From Sphagnum compactum (taxonomy: Eukaryota), in assembly GCA_965153455.1 (NCBI GenBank), contig OZ234494.1, positions 10,168,001-10,232,000 on the forward strand: 64,000 nucleotides of DNA, read 5' to 3'. A program made the translations under genes and the position numbers. The notes beneath the pieces are model-generated. The model was not told the origin of the DNA. It searched no databases and worked only from the letters and a program-made list of their open reading frames with translations. Positions 37,300-49,634 of this stretch are shown piece by piece (positions within the stretch are counted from its first letter, which is position 1; every line of letters starts with the position of its first letter).

Positions 37300-39601
37300 T
37301 AAAGTCAGTTCAGCCTTTTTTCACACTTTATTGCCGCAGAATTCAACCCAGCTTGTCGATTTTGTGGCTGACACATTTGTAATGTTCCCCTCACTTCCTC
37401 TCACAGTCTCTGGTGTTCCAACAATGTTCCCTGCCTTTGATGCCACAGAACAGGCTACAAGAGGAGATTTTGCCAAGTGCACACATGCAAGGCTTGCCTA
37501 GGACATCACCTGGCAGAATCTGCCATCTACAGCCCACTCTCTAGTACTTAAATAGTAGGTTCCCTATGTTCAAAAGTCAGGGGAACTCCCTGAGCAGCTA
37601 TGTTCCCTCTGATTGTCAATAGGGCATGGAGAAATCACTAAGGCTATATAAATGTAAAGTCTATGTAAATGATTTAGTTTAGGCCTACAATGACGGGGTT
37701 TGTGTGTGTTGTGTTTGTCTCCTTCATCTTACTATCCATGCATCTTCTTTTTTTCATCTTCTTCTTTTTTAACATAACAGTGTTTTGTTATGTGTGTTAA
37801 GGTAAGTTATGTGTGTTTGTGTGTGTGCATGCATCAAACAACAGGAAGTGAAGAACATCCCTCTGTTGCCATCATTGTTTATTGTTCAAGTGAGCCTCTT
37901 ATGGTGCATTCTAGTTTGGTTTAATCTTGTTATGAATTGAAAAATGTCTAAAGTTTCTTCTCCCTATCCTTGTTTTTCTTTCAATTTCTAGATTAAAAAA
38001 ATTTGTCACTATTTCTCCCTCCCCCCCCCCCCCCCTCCACCCAAGAAAAAGAAGAAGAATTGTCTGGTATTTGATTCTTTGTAACTAGAATCGTAAGATT
38101 TCAATTGGTGCTTCTTACCTACCAACATAGGTATTCACCCAAGATTGGTAGCAACCTCCTAAGGAGGTCCATTCAAATGCTACAAGGAACCAATTAGGTG
38201 AAGGACACTATCAACAAGGTTGTGGTTAATACTTGAAGGAGGGGCAAGTGGCCAACACTTATTGTGGCTGATCATAATAAATATCTTTTTTAATTTGTGC
38301 ACAATCATAACATTTAAAAAGAATTCACAATCTAACCAATTGTATTCTAAGTTTAGGGGTAATGCAAGATGCATTTAAAAGTTAAATATCTAAATTTAAT
38401 TAAAGTCCTGTAAAGTTTTATTAAAAAACACATCATAGATTAGGAAAATGCAAATAGGAGTAAAATTAAAGAAAAGAGAAAAATGACAAGACATCAAGTT
38501 AGCTCAAAGTAAGTGTGAAAATCTTTGTCTGTCCATAACCAACTACCTTGGAGAGGTTGACCATATTTATATGTCAAAAATCAATGGCTTGTAATAGATT
38601 GATCATGGTGATGGAAGGTGTGTCTTGAAGGGGTGGAAGTCAAGAAGTAGTTAAGCCTTTGGCTATCGCCCAACTTCATATGGTTTTAGAGGAAGTATCT
38701 AAATGGTTTCTAAGGATGAATTGGCATGATATGGATTGAAGCACAGAGAAGTTCTTTATATTTCCAATATATAAGGGCATCTACATGAATTTCAACCAAA
38801 ATTTAACATAATTGCAACCAAATTATCAAACACAAAGTCAAATGTTTCACTTCCTTTAGGAGAGTTGAATTTGCAAATTTAACAAGCCTTATGACCCTTA
38901 TTCAATTCATCCTTTTAAGTCGAGAAATGACCACACCACTAACATGACAAAAAAATCCACATGGGCATATAAGTATCAAATCTTGGAGAGTGTTGAGCAA
39001 TTCACTTGCCCATTTTGATATCACAATGGGAAAATGACTACCTCCTACCCCCCCCCCCCCCCCCCCCCCCGCCCCAAGGAAAAAAAAGAAAGAAAAAGAA
39101 CCAAACCAAACCAAAAAGGTAAGAAAACAAAGAATAGCCTTAAAAGTACAAATAGCCACTTAATCTTATTCAGTTGGTGATTTAACCAACTCCTGGAGTC
39201 CCATTTTAATCCCTATAGTTTTTATCATGTGAGTGTACAATTCCACAAACCATAGCTTGGAAATCTTTACAATGTGAGTCGCTCCCATAAAGTCTAGCAA
39301 TCTAAGGAGGATTTCACGCTTGAATTTAATCTCTCTTTCAATCTAAATCTGAATTGCCATGCAACAACACCACAACTACAACAGAATGCAGAAAAGACAA
39401 AGCATACACAAGGTAGCTCAAACAATGAATAAAAGTGCACAATTTAGCACTTTCAAGAAACCTTCCTCTTTTTTAATGCTTCAAGATGAGGTCTGTCAAT
39501 AAGAAAGACCAGATCCAATGCTTTCTGGGGCATGCAGTTAAACTTTTTCCCTTGCTCATTTGGGTCCACTCACTAGTCTCATTACCCATGGATTTTATAA
39601 A

Positions 39602-41574
39602 CTAATCTTCAGACCTCAAATTTGAATCCTTCGCAGTATTCATCTTAACAGAGTTCTTCGGGTCTCCAGTTTCGTTCTCCTGTTTTACATGACCTGCTTT
39701 TTTAGGTGTTTCTCGACCTAGGTTTTGTACTTGACTTTGATCTGATTTTCTATCCAATTCTGGAACTGAATGATCTTGTGTAGTAGTCAGACAACCATTT
39801 TCCAGAAAGTAGGTCAAATCGACTGACACACCATTGGTGTGCCAACAAAAAGTGGGTCCCAAACAAGTGGTACATCAAAAAGGTCCTTCTCTGACACAGG
39901 ATTCTCATTGATGGGAAGATGCTCCATAAGTATAGCTGCTTTATATGTTTTCTTTCGTGCAACTCCATGAAGCACCACTGACCTGAACTCAGGTGACAAC
40001 TATTTAAGTCACTAAAATCATCCAATGATCTCACTGGAAAAGTAGACTAGATGCCACAAATGTGACATTGTAGGAGAAACGAGAGCAACAGGCTGGGTTT
40101 TAGATGTTTGATGTAGACTGAGAAACAAACCAGGTTTACAGATCACCTTTGTGGGTTTGAAGGAGAGCATTTTGTAATCTTGGTTTCAACAATTGAGAAC
40201 AAGAATTTTGGGATAAGTAAGCTGAGGGCACTTGTAACGATCAGAAAGAAGGGTTTGGGGATTCATGTTTCACAGACAGAGATGGAAAGAGAGAAACTTA
40301 CTCATAGTTCTTTGAAACAGCTGCTTTTGCCAACTCGAAGGAAGGAAGCATTCAATGCACTAATCAAACAAATTCTTGGAAAACAGAGACAAAAGCCACC
40401 TTACCTTAAGAGCAGCCTTGACCATTGGTGCCTTCAATCGAAATAGAATCCACAGATATCAAGTCCACCTGAAACCCACTTTCCACAGTTATACTTACTC
40501 TTTGTGCATTCCCACACTGATATCAAGCCTAACAACACTACCATTACCATGCTAGAGGTGATTGTACACGCATAAGAAAATTGTTGCGCAGACAGCAAGT
40601 GTCTTGGACTTCAGAGCATTCCTCTCAAGCAGAAAATGGAATGCTTGTTCTGTGAAGAATTATTCTGTGTGAGTAGAACCATTGCTTGACAGAACAAGAA
40701 GCATTCCACTCAAATGAAATGCAAAGCCAGATTTAGTCTCACCGGGTTCATACAATTGCCCAATGTGGTCCTGTGGGTGGGTTTTGCGAAACACACACAC
40801 AGGGATCAAGGATCCTCCCACATCTATAGAACAGCATGAGAAACATCACTGTGGTCTTGCAGTTATCTGAAGCACATGCAGGGGTCATTGTGCAGGGGTT
40901 GAGGAATCCTACTTCTACAGAACAGCAAGAGAAACATCAATGCTGTTTTGCAGTTATGCATAGCACATGCAGGGATCTAAGGATCCTGCATCTGTAGAAT
41001 AGCAAGAGAAACATCAATGCAGTCTTGCAGTTATGTGAAGCACATGCACAATTGAGGAATCTGACATCCATAGAACAGCAAGAGAAACATCAATGGAGTC
41101 CTGCAGTTTGCAGTTGATGCAAAGCACATGCAGGGATCAAGGTGTGTGTGTGTGATCATCTTTTTTCTCTTTACCTCAAGATGAGTGCAAGCTTCAGTGA
41201 AAGCTTTCTGGTTCTTGGGTTTCACTGCAACAATGTCATAGGAGCGTAGAACAGAATTTGCAGCATTGAGTGCAGCTGCCTGCACCATATCTTTGACTGC
41301 CACACTGATTCTGCTGAATTGTCTGAAAGGCTGAGCTGCTGGAACCTTAAGTAGCTTCCTGTGAAATTTTGCAGCCTCTGCTACTCCAGGTGCCGCAGCA
41401 ATCACAGATGAAAGCCAGTGGTTTGATTCTTGATAGATCAGAGTCAGCCATGATTCCTGTTAGCATGTGATTTGATGCAACTCCTGTGTAACCCAGTTGT
41501 AATGCCATCACCACCACTTCCCTCCTCGTCTGATCCTCCACTCCCTCAAACCCTAAGCTTAGATTATGAAACAT
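39602..41574 (-). pseudogene. RPP30: RNase P/MRP subunit p30 (RPP30/GAF1-like) pseudogene
   Basis: Exon 41175-41574: MFHNLSL...LGYTGVASNH...FRQFSRISV...YDIVAVKPKNQKAF. Exon about 40405-40468: VDLISVD/FRLKAPMVKAALK. Remnant FELAKAAVSKN at about 40313-40345. Last exon from 39982: SVVLHGVARKKTYK...WDPL. Frameshifts near 41410, 40447 and 39850; the central RGxYFEI...GKN segment is absent. Confidence 0.88.
40801..41142. repeat. Intronic tandem array, about 4 units of 78-90 bp
   Basis: Unit core gaacagcaagagaaacatcaatgcagtcttgcagttatg...agcacatgc. Confidence 0.88.
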
Positions 41575-41619
41575 TCTCTCTCTCAGATGTCTCACATCTC
41601 TTTCTGTCAACTCTTTCTG

Positions 41620-42075
41620 TGTCTGTCTGTCTGTGTGCTTGAGGAGTAAAACGAATGGAGACATAAGCATTGCTGCTGCTGCTCCAAACTGCAAACCCAC
41701 AACCCCTCTAAAGTCTGTCTGCTTGCTAGAACAAACCCCCAAACCCTAATCGCACACACACACTCTCTCTCTACTCTTTCTGTGTCTGTCTGTCTACTTG
41801 AGGAACAAAGGGAATGGAGACGTATGTATTGTCTGCAGCTGCTCCAAACTGCAAACCCACAACCCCTCTAAAGTCTGTCTGTTTGCTAGAACAAACCCCC
41901 AAACCCTAATCGCACACAGACACACTCTCTCTACTCTTTCTGTGTCTGTCTGTCTACTTGAGGAACAAAGGGAATGGAGGCGTAAGTATTGTCTGCAGCT
42001 GCTCCAAACTGCAAACCCACAACCCCTCCAAAGTGTCTCTCTGTTTGCGAGAAATACAAACCCCAAACCCTAATC
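41620..42075. repeat. 160-bp tandem repeat (about 2.8 copies) with telo-boxes in the RPP30/DGP3 divergent promoter
   Basis: gagga(a/g)...gaatggag recurs at about 41641, 41800 and 41960; each unit carries AAACCCTAA. Confidence 0.92.
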
Positions 42076-42517
42076 ACTGCGAAGAAGAAAGCCAAGCCAG
42101 GCTACTAATGTGGTAGAGAATCTAGGAACTACAGCAAACTGGTGCTCTCATGTGGACGTAAGGATCTTTGCAGCCACTTTAATTGTCCACTCTCACAGAA
42201 TTTCTCGAGAATTGTCGAGAACTGTCCTCGAGAGCTGTTGAAAATTCTCGAACCCTAAGAGAGGAGCACGAGATTGGGTACCCAATTCTTCGATTTCGTT
42301 TGTTTTTGCTGCCGCATTTTCTTTGGGTTATCGGATCATGACTCCTTTAAGGAGAAAGGGCCAGAGTTGAAGAAGGTGGAGAAGCAGAAGAAGAACAGGA
42401 GGAGGAGGAGGAGGAGGAGGAGACCTGAAGGAGTTGCGGAAGCACAAGAAGCGTAGAAGAAGGGGGAGCAAGGGAGAAACAAGGATTGCAAGAAGCTTGG
42501 AGCTCAGGGAGTTGGGA

Positions 42518-44590
42518 ATGGCCACAATGGTTGTTCCTACTTCTGCTCCACATGTAGCATCATTGAGGAGCAGCAGCAGCCAGGGGCGGCGGCGACAGGA
42601 TGGTAGTAGAAGGGCGGCTTCTGTTGCGCTCCTCTCAGCTGCCACAACTTCCAATTGCTCCTCGCTTGCTTCTTCTCTCCAGGAGACAAGAGGCATCTCT
42701 TCTTCTTCTTCAAAACTCAGGTTTCTTTCTTCACTAATACTCCATCCTATCCTACTGCTCTCTCCTCCCTTGGATGTGATTTTCCTGTTGCGTAAAAACT
42801 TCTTGCTAGCCCCCCTCCCTCCTTCACATTCAGTGTGAGATCTCAATGTTTGTTGCATCATCACCTTGTTGTGGCTGTTGTTGTTTAGATGGTTGCAAGG
42901 AAGAGAAGGGAAGGAGCTGCAGGAAAAGCTACAAAACAAAAGAAATCCAGCAATCAAGGAGCTTCAAAGGCAGTCATCAAGGACACAGCTTCTCCTTCTG
43001 CAGTGCCAGGCACAGAGGAGCTCAAGATGGAAGCAAATGGGCTGGTTGAAAAACTCAGCTGTGCCATCATCACTAGGAGCTTTCAGCTCCACAAGAACCC
43101 ATCCCTCAAAGAGACCCAATTCTGTAAGCTCTTTTGCACATTCAACAACCAAATCAGAAAAGAGGAGGGAGAGCTTGATCTATGGAAGTATATATATGTA
43201 GGCATGATTTTCCTGCTTGCAGGCAGATTGGGTGATCCCCATTCATGTGCATCCAGACTGTGCAAGCAAACATGGGCTCGAGTGAGCCACGTGTGGTAAA
43301 TCTGGCATGGGTGGCAAATCTTGAGTGAATGGAAAATCAAAAGTTCTTTGTTCTTGTGAAGTTGGAAATCTTCTCCTCTTTTGCTGTTCTACCTTCGGTT
43401 TTCTCAACCCTTTAGACTGAGATAAACCTATGAGTGTGGTGGGGGTTTTGGGTTTTCTACCAAGAGCTCCACCTTGTTCTTCATAGCCTTTTAGGGGTTT
43501 TTTGCTGGAATTGGATATGACTGAGAGCATCAGCTTTCTTTCAATGTGGTCAGGCGTGGCCAAGTTTGAGTTTTGAGGCCTAATTTACTGATCCAAATCT
43601 TTTGCTTGCCAGAAGCCGAGAAAAGCAGGTCTTAGGGCAGCAGCAAGTTTGCAGAAGAATGGAGGCACCATTGCTGCTCTGTTGGACACCAGAAGTGACG
43701 AGGAGTGGGACACCCTAGGGTCTGACATAGCTTACCTTACGAGATCAGCCAGGCTTGTGCAATGGTACCCGGGTCACATTGCCAAAGCTGAGAGATTGCT
43801 GAAGGAGCAGCTCAAATTGATGGATGTTGTAATTGAAGTCCGGGATGCCCGGATCCCCATTGCAACAACTCATCCAGAGATTGACACCTGGATTGGTGAC
43901 AGGATGAGAATCTTGGTCCTAAATCGGGAGGACATGATATCGAGCTCTGATAAGAATGCTTGGACACACTATTACATAAAGCAAGGGATCCACCCTGTCT
44001 TTACAGATGGACGACGAGGGGCTGGGAGCATGAAACTGGCAAGGATGGCAAAATCTGTAGCTGTTGATATCAATGTGAAGAGAAAAGCGAAAGGCCTTCT
44101 CCCTCGCAATGTGAGGGCTGCTGTAGTTGGGTACCCTAATGTGGGAAAATCATCAATCATAAACCGCCTGCTCAAGCGAAAGATGTGTGAAACAGCTCCC
44201 CGGCCAGGAGTTACCAAAAGCTTGAAATGGGCCAGAGTTGCTGATGGATTAGACCTCCTAGATGCACCGGGTGTTTTGCCAATGCAGATTCTGGATCAAG
44301 CTGGGGCAACAAGGTTAGCAATCTGCAATGATATTGGTGAGAATTCATATGCGGTGGCAGGAGTTGCAGCAGTTTTAGTCGAGATGATCAAGAGGATGCC
44401 AACTGCAGGGCCTGGGGTCTTGGAGATGAGGTACAAGATGAGTGTGGGGGATATGACAGGTGAAGCTTTCTTGGAGGAGCTTGCACAGCTGTTGTTCCAG
44501 GGGGATGTGAATCAGGCTGCATACCGGGTACTGCGGGATTATCGAGTAGGCAAGTTTGGGTGGATTGCTCTCGAAAGGCCTCCTTCTTAG
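42518..44590 (+). CDS. DGP3: Chloroplast ribosome-biogenesis GTPase RbgA/YlqF (DAR GTPase 3-like)
   Basis: Predicted exons 42518-42720, 42889-43123 and 43613-44590 join in frame (about 471 aa); Ser-rich transit-peptide-like N-terminus; WYPGHIAKA, EVRDARIP, NREDM, GYPNVGKSS, PGVT and DAPG (circularly permuted GTPase); the 5' exons are less certain. Confidence 0.9.
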
Positions 44591-45747
44591 ATCTGATTAG
44601 ACAAATCCGCAGGTAATGGATCTAGACTTTTGGTCTCTGTTGTATTATGGCACAATTCTTGAATTCAAACCCCCTGTTGGAAAACAGATTCACTGCACAG
44701 AGTTCCCCACCTTTGATTCACATTGCAAGTGGAAATGTCAGAACCCAACTGGAACCAGCACATGACCACCAGTCCCACCTAGGAAAAAGCCTGAAGAAGA
44801 CACCAGGGTCCAGAATTGGTTAAGTGTAGAGTAAGTGTGAGGCCATGCACTTTACCAGAATCTGACATAAACTTTGTATTTCCCAATTCCCCAAATTGTG
44901 TTGTTTGGTGTTTTTTTTGCAATATGTCCATTTTTAGATTATCATTGAATTGTTTTAGGGCTAGGGTTTAATGTTTTGAGCAAGTCTTTTTGGTATCTCT
45001 CTCACTTCACCTTCTTTCTACCTCTTGCCCTAATAGGTATTCAACAGACATCCAATTGGACTACTGTGCACCAATTGCTTCACAAGTTTTCTTGTTTCAT
45101 GTATCATGCCATGGGTTTTTTTACATTGTGATTTAAAATTCGACAAGACCAAAACTTATCATTGGGAATTGAATCGAGGCATGTGAAAAAAAATGTGACC
45201 ACATGGTTATAGCTATTAAGTTGTAAATTAGGGTTGAGAAGAATGGTTAGGTGGACAACACAGTTGGGAAGGAAATTTTTTCCATAGCTTGGAGCTTGGT
45301 GCTTAATGGTGTTGCAAGTTGGACATAACGTAATTTGATGCATAAAACCAGAGATTTGGAAAGAGAAACTTGCATTGTATTTGTGTTGATGAGAACAAAA
45401 AGAACAAGATTCAAACTTGTTTGTCAATGGGTATATGTAAGATTGTGCCCAACAAATTGCCATACTGAATTCACAATTGCTAGCTTAAAACATCATATTT
45501 GGAAATGGAGCCGCGTATCAAACCTTTAGAAGATTATTTGTTGGATCTATAAACACAATTGTCATTATGATAAAACCTTCGGATTCCAAGTTTGCAATAT
45601 TTCGTCATGTGTTTTATGAAGATTTCGAATGAGATTAGATAACAATTTTGAAATAAATAGATATCGTTTGGGGATAAAAACATGACAATAATGATACATT
45701 TTCCATTATGATCTTTTGAAATGTTTTGTTGATGGGTAGGTAAAAGC

Positions 45748-48293
45748 ATGATAAGCAAAGGAAACTCTCTAAAAGCAGGCAACAAATATGATAAGGACAA
45801 ATCTGAACAAGTGGCGGGCATTGTTCATGCCCTAAAAGAAGGTGCAACGAAAAAGTTGAAACCTGGAGAAAACCTAACATCCTCGGTGTTGCAAAGGCCA
45901 ACTGATAATTTGAAGAGCTTATACATCTTGGGGAAGAAGCTTGGTCAAGGACAATTTGGTATAACATATTTGTGCACGGAAAAGGCGACGGGTAAAGAAT
46001 ATGCTTGCAAAACTATCGCCAAAAGAAAACTAATATGCCAGGCCGATGTGGATGATGTTAGGCGTGAAATCCACATTATGCATCACTTGTCCGGGCATCC
46101 CAACATTGTCACAATTAAAGGGGCATATGAGGATGCAAGTGCGGTGCATTTGGTAATGGAGTTATGTGCGGGAGGAGAATTATTTGAACGCATTGTTAAA
46201 AAGGGACATTACAGTGAAGCAAAGGCTTCCGAACTAGCACGGACTGTTGTGGATGTTGTTGAGGCTTGTCATTCTTTAGGGGTAATGCATCGAGACTTGA
46301 AGCCTGAAAACTTTTTGTTACTTAACCACAATGAAAACTCCGTAATGAAAGCTACTGATTTTGGGTTGTCAATTTTTTTCAAACCGGGTGAAACCTTCAA
46401 AGATGTTGTAGGGAGCCCGTACTATGTAGCTCCGGAGGTGCTTCGCAAGCATTATGGTATTGAAGCCGATATTTGGAGTGCTGGGGTCATTATTTACATT
46501 CTCTTATGCGGGGTTCCACCATTTTGGGCTGATAATGAACAAGGGATTTTTGAAAATGTCAGTAAAGCTGAATTTGATCTTGAATCTGAACCTTGGCCAA
46601 ACATATCGGAAAGTGCCAAAGATTTGATCCGAAAAATGCTGAACCCAAGTCGGGCGAGACGTTTGAAAGCTCATGAAGTGTTGAGTCACCCATGGATCCA
46701 CGAAGAGGGTGTCGCTCCTGATAAGCCCATGGATTCAGCTGTACAATCTCGACTCAAACAATTTTCCGCCATGAACAAACTTAAGAAGCTTGCGATTCGA
46801 GTTATAGCGGAATCCATGTCAGAGGAAGAAATAGTAGGTTTGAAAGAGATGTTTAAGACAATCGACACTGATAGTAGCGGTGCTATTAGTTTTGAAGAAT
46901 TAAAAGAAGGTCTCAAAAAAGTTGGTTCCAATCTAACGGAGGCCGACATTCGAGACCTCATGGATGCTGCTGATATCGATCAAAATGGAACCATTGATTA
47001 TGGAGAATTTTTAGCTGCAACATTACATATCAATAAGATCAATCGCGAGGAAAATTTGTTTGCAGCTTTTAAGTTTTTGGACAAGGATAATAGTGGGTAC
47101 ATCACGATTGATGAGCTTCAACAAGCATGCATACAATACAACATGGGGGATATCCCAATTGAAGATTTGATCAGAGATGTGGACCAAGACAATGATGGAC
47201 GCCTTGACTACCATGAATTTGTTGCAATGATGCGCAAAGGAAATGAAGATGCTTCTCAAACAACACGAACCAACTTGCCTTTCTTTGAGGTTTGTTTTGT
47301 TTCTTTAATTTCCCCATAACACATTAATTGGGCTTACAAAAGTGTGGTTGATAAAAATATTTTGAAAATTTTAATATATTTTCTGGTGTGTTGCATCTCA
47401 TTTTAGATTGATGTTCTACTTGTTTCTACCAAACATACATTAAATTCTTTATGTCAAATTAAAAGTACCTCAATAATCAAACTCATTGACATGTTGGGGT
47501 CAAAGTTTATTGAATTTTGGAAAAGACTTAACATTATCAAAAGTACACAAGATTATGTTTTTGGATTTTAAAGTCAATGGACAAATAGAGGTCAACACAT
47601 TAATTTGAAATTAATGGAAACAATATGAAACGTCATTTAAGTAATTTAAATCTGAAATAATGTTTTTGTTATGGGAGATTAGAGATTGCATATGTGAATT
47701 TTCATATCACTTTGTTGGTCATTTGTCACATTATCACATCGTGATGCCACATGAATCAATTGATTGATTCCAACAAAAGGTTTTATGACATGAAAAATTT
47801 CATTCTTTAAATTATATTTGTGATCTTGGCCATTATATTTTGTTCACATGATTAATTGGCATTTCATAATTTGAACACGACACACAAGATGCTATAATAT
47901 GCATAAAATTTGTATGTTAGATTACACAAAATGCACAAAGTTGAAATGATGATTTCATTGTGTCAACTTTGCAATATCAGTGAAAATGTCCTCATCAAGT
48001 TTAAGTGAAAATTATGCCAAAAAATAAGTTATGACATACAAGTTTGTGCAGAAACCCATTCTTTGTTAACATTTACATGGAATTGCAATATAATGCATAA
48101 GTAATAAGTATAACTATTGTTTAAATATCCTACCTGTATAAAAACACATGACTAATTCTTCCCTTTTTTCCATTATTTACTATATGCATTATGAAGTTGT
48201 ATAATAAAGATATGTATTTGTTATTGGCAGGCCATTCAACCTACAAAGCCAAAAGCCAAATTGCCAATGGATAATTTGGATTGGATGGGCTAA
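45748..48293 (+). CDS. CPK: Calcium-dependent protein kinase (group I-like); kinase and four EF-hands in one exon
   Basis: [27 protein letters not shown]; junction [16 protein letters not shown]-hands [48 protein letters not shown]. Probable splice 47289 to 48231 gives AIQPTK...DWMG*; the unspliced ORF ends at 47319. Confidence 0.95.
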
Positions 48294-49545
48294 TTAAACA
48301 ATGATGGGTTTATGTATACTTGTATCAATACATATATTCCACACAATGTATTTTTCATTGTATTACACATTATATCATCATGCTTTTGAATTGCTCCAAC
48401 ATTATCATATCTGCATTTTTTATTGATTTTTGGATATTTATCACAATTGCCTTCAAACCAAAAAAAGACATATGATTTAAATTCATGAATGGCCAATGTG
48501 TCTTGCTATGACAAGTCTTGGCAATTTACCAAAAAATGGTGTGATACTATGAACATACAATAAACATTGTTATGTAAATTGGAAATGTATGGTGCTTAAT
48601 GTAAATTAATAACTAAAACAGTAAAGCATAACAACTTATATGGTATTGTGAGCTAAACAGTTTTAGTCCTAACTCTTTATTTGATTAACATGGAATCCTA
48701 TAAGGCACAAAAATGTCATTAATTGTACTTAATGGTGAGTATTATGGTTCCTTATTAAATATGTATATTCCCCCCTAAACCCACAAAAACAATATTTGGT
48801 AAGAATCCATCTTACTACCCCAAAAATTTGAATGAACATTTAAGTAAATATACTGACAACTTAATCCCAAAAGAAGAATTAGTACAATTTCAATCTTTGC
48901 AATGCCACATAAAAATAAACTATAATTTTGTTAATATGCTTTTGTTTCAATTTTTGACATTTACATTTGCAATTTGCTAAACTGCAATTGTTCAACATGG
49001 TTTTGCATTACCAGTAGCAATGAAAATTGTTTTTTTTCCTAATGAAGGTTTTCAAATGTGTTGACAAGTTCGTTTATATTTACATCTAGGTCAAGCACGG
49101 TCCCATCTTGGCTTTCAATATTTTATTGGTATTTATCAATGTTTTTTTGTGGCAAAGTTTTGCACCTTGGCGACTTCAAAAAGTTCAATGCGAATATTTT
49201 CTCCCAAATTCCTTGTTTTTAAGAAAACGATTTCCAACCTTTTGAGAAATTTTCTTGGGGGAAAAGTTCAGTAAGTTTCAACTGAGTTTTTATTTTTGGG
49301 ACAATAAAGTTATCTGTAAAGTAAAGTCAGGAAAAGTCGGCACCAGAACCCCGTGTTTGGTCACGTATGAGACAAGATTTCAAAAAACAGTGAGAAAAAG
49401 TACACTCGACATAAACGGAGCTCAACTGGGACTGAAACTCAGATTAGCACCACATTTGGTAATCAGAGTTCGGCCTGTTCCTTTTCTTCCTGAGCGCCTT
49501 CAACCAATCACTGCTGCTGCTTTGTGTACTGTATGTATAAATGCT

Positions 49546-49634
49546 CTCGAGCCTCTTGCATTTAATCGTGAGTCTGAGCATTTCATACCTCTCGAGCCTC
49601 TTGCATTTAATTGTGAGTCTGAGCATTTCATACC
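49546..49634. repeat. Near-perfect 45-bp tandem duplication
   Basis: ctcgagcctcttgcatttaat(c/t)gtgagtctgagcatttcatacc occurs twice. Confidence 0.95.

Noticed and set aside
42328-42957. 209-aa minus-strand ORF
   Set aside because: Low-complexity antisense reading of the DGP3 5' UTR and exon 1 trinucleotide runs
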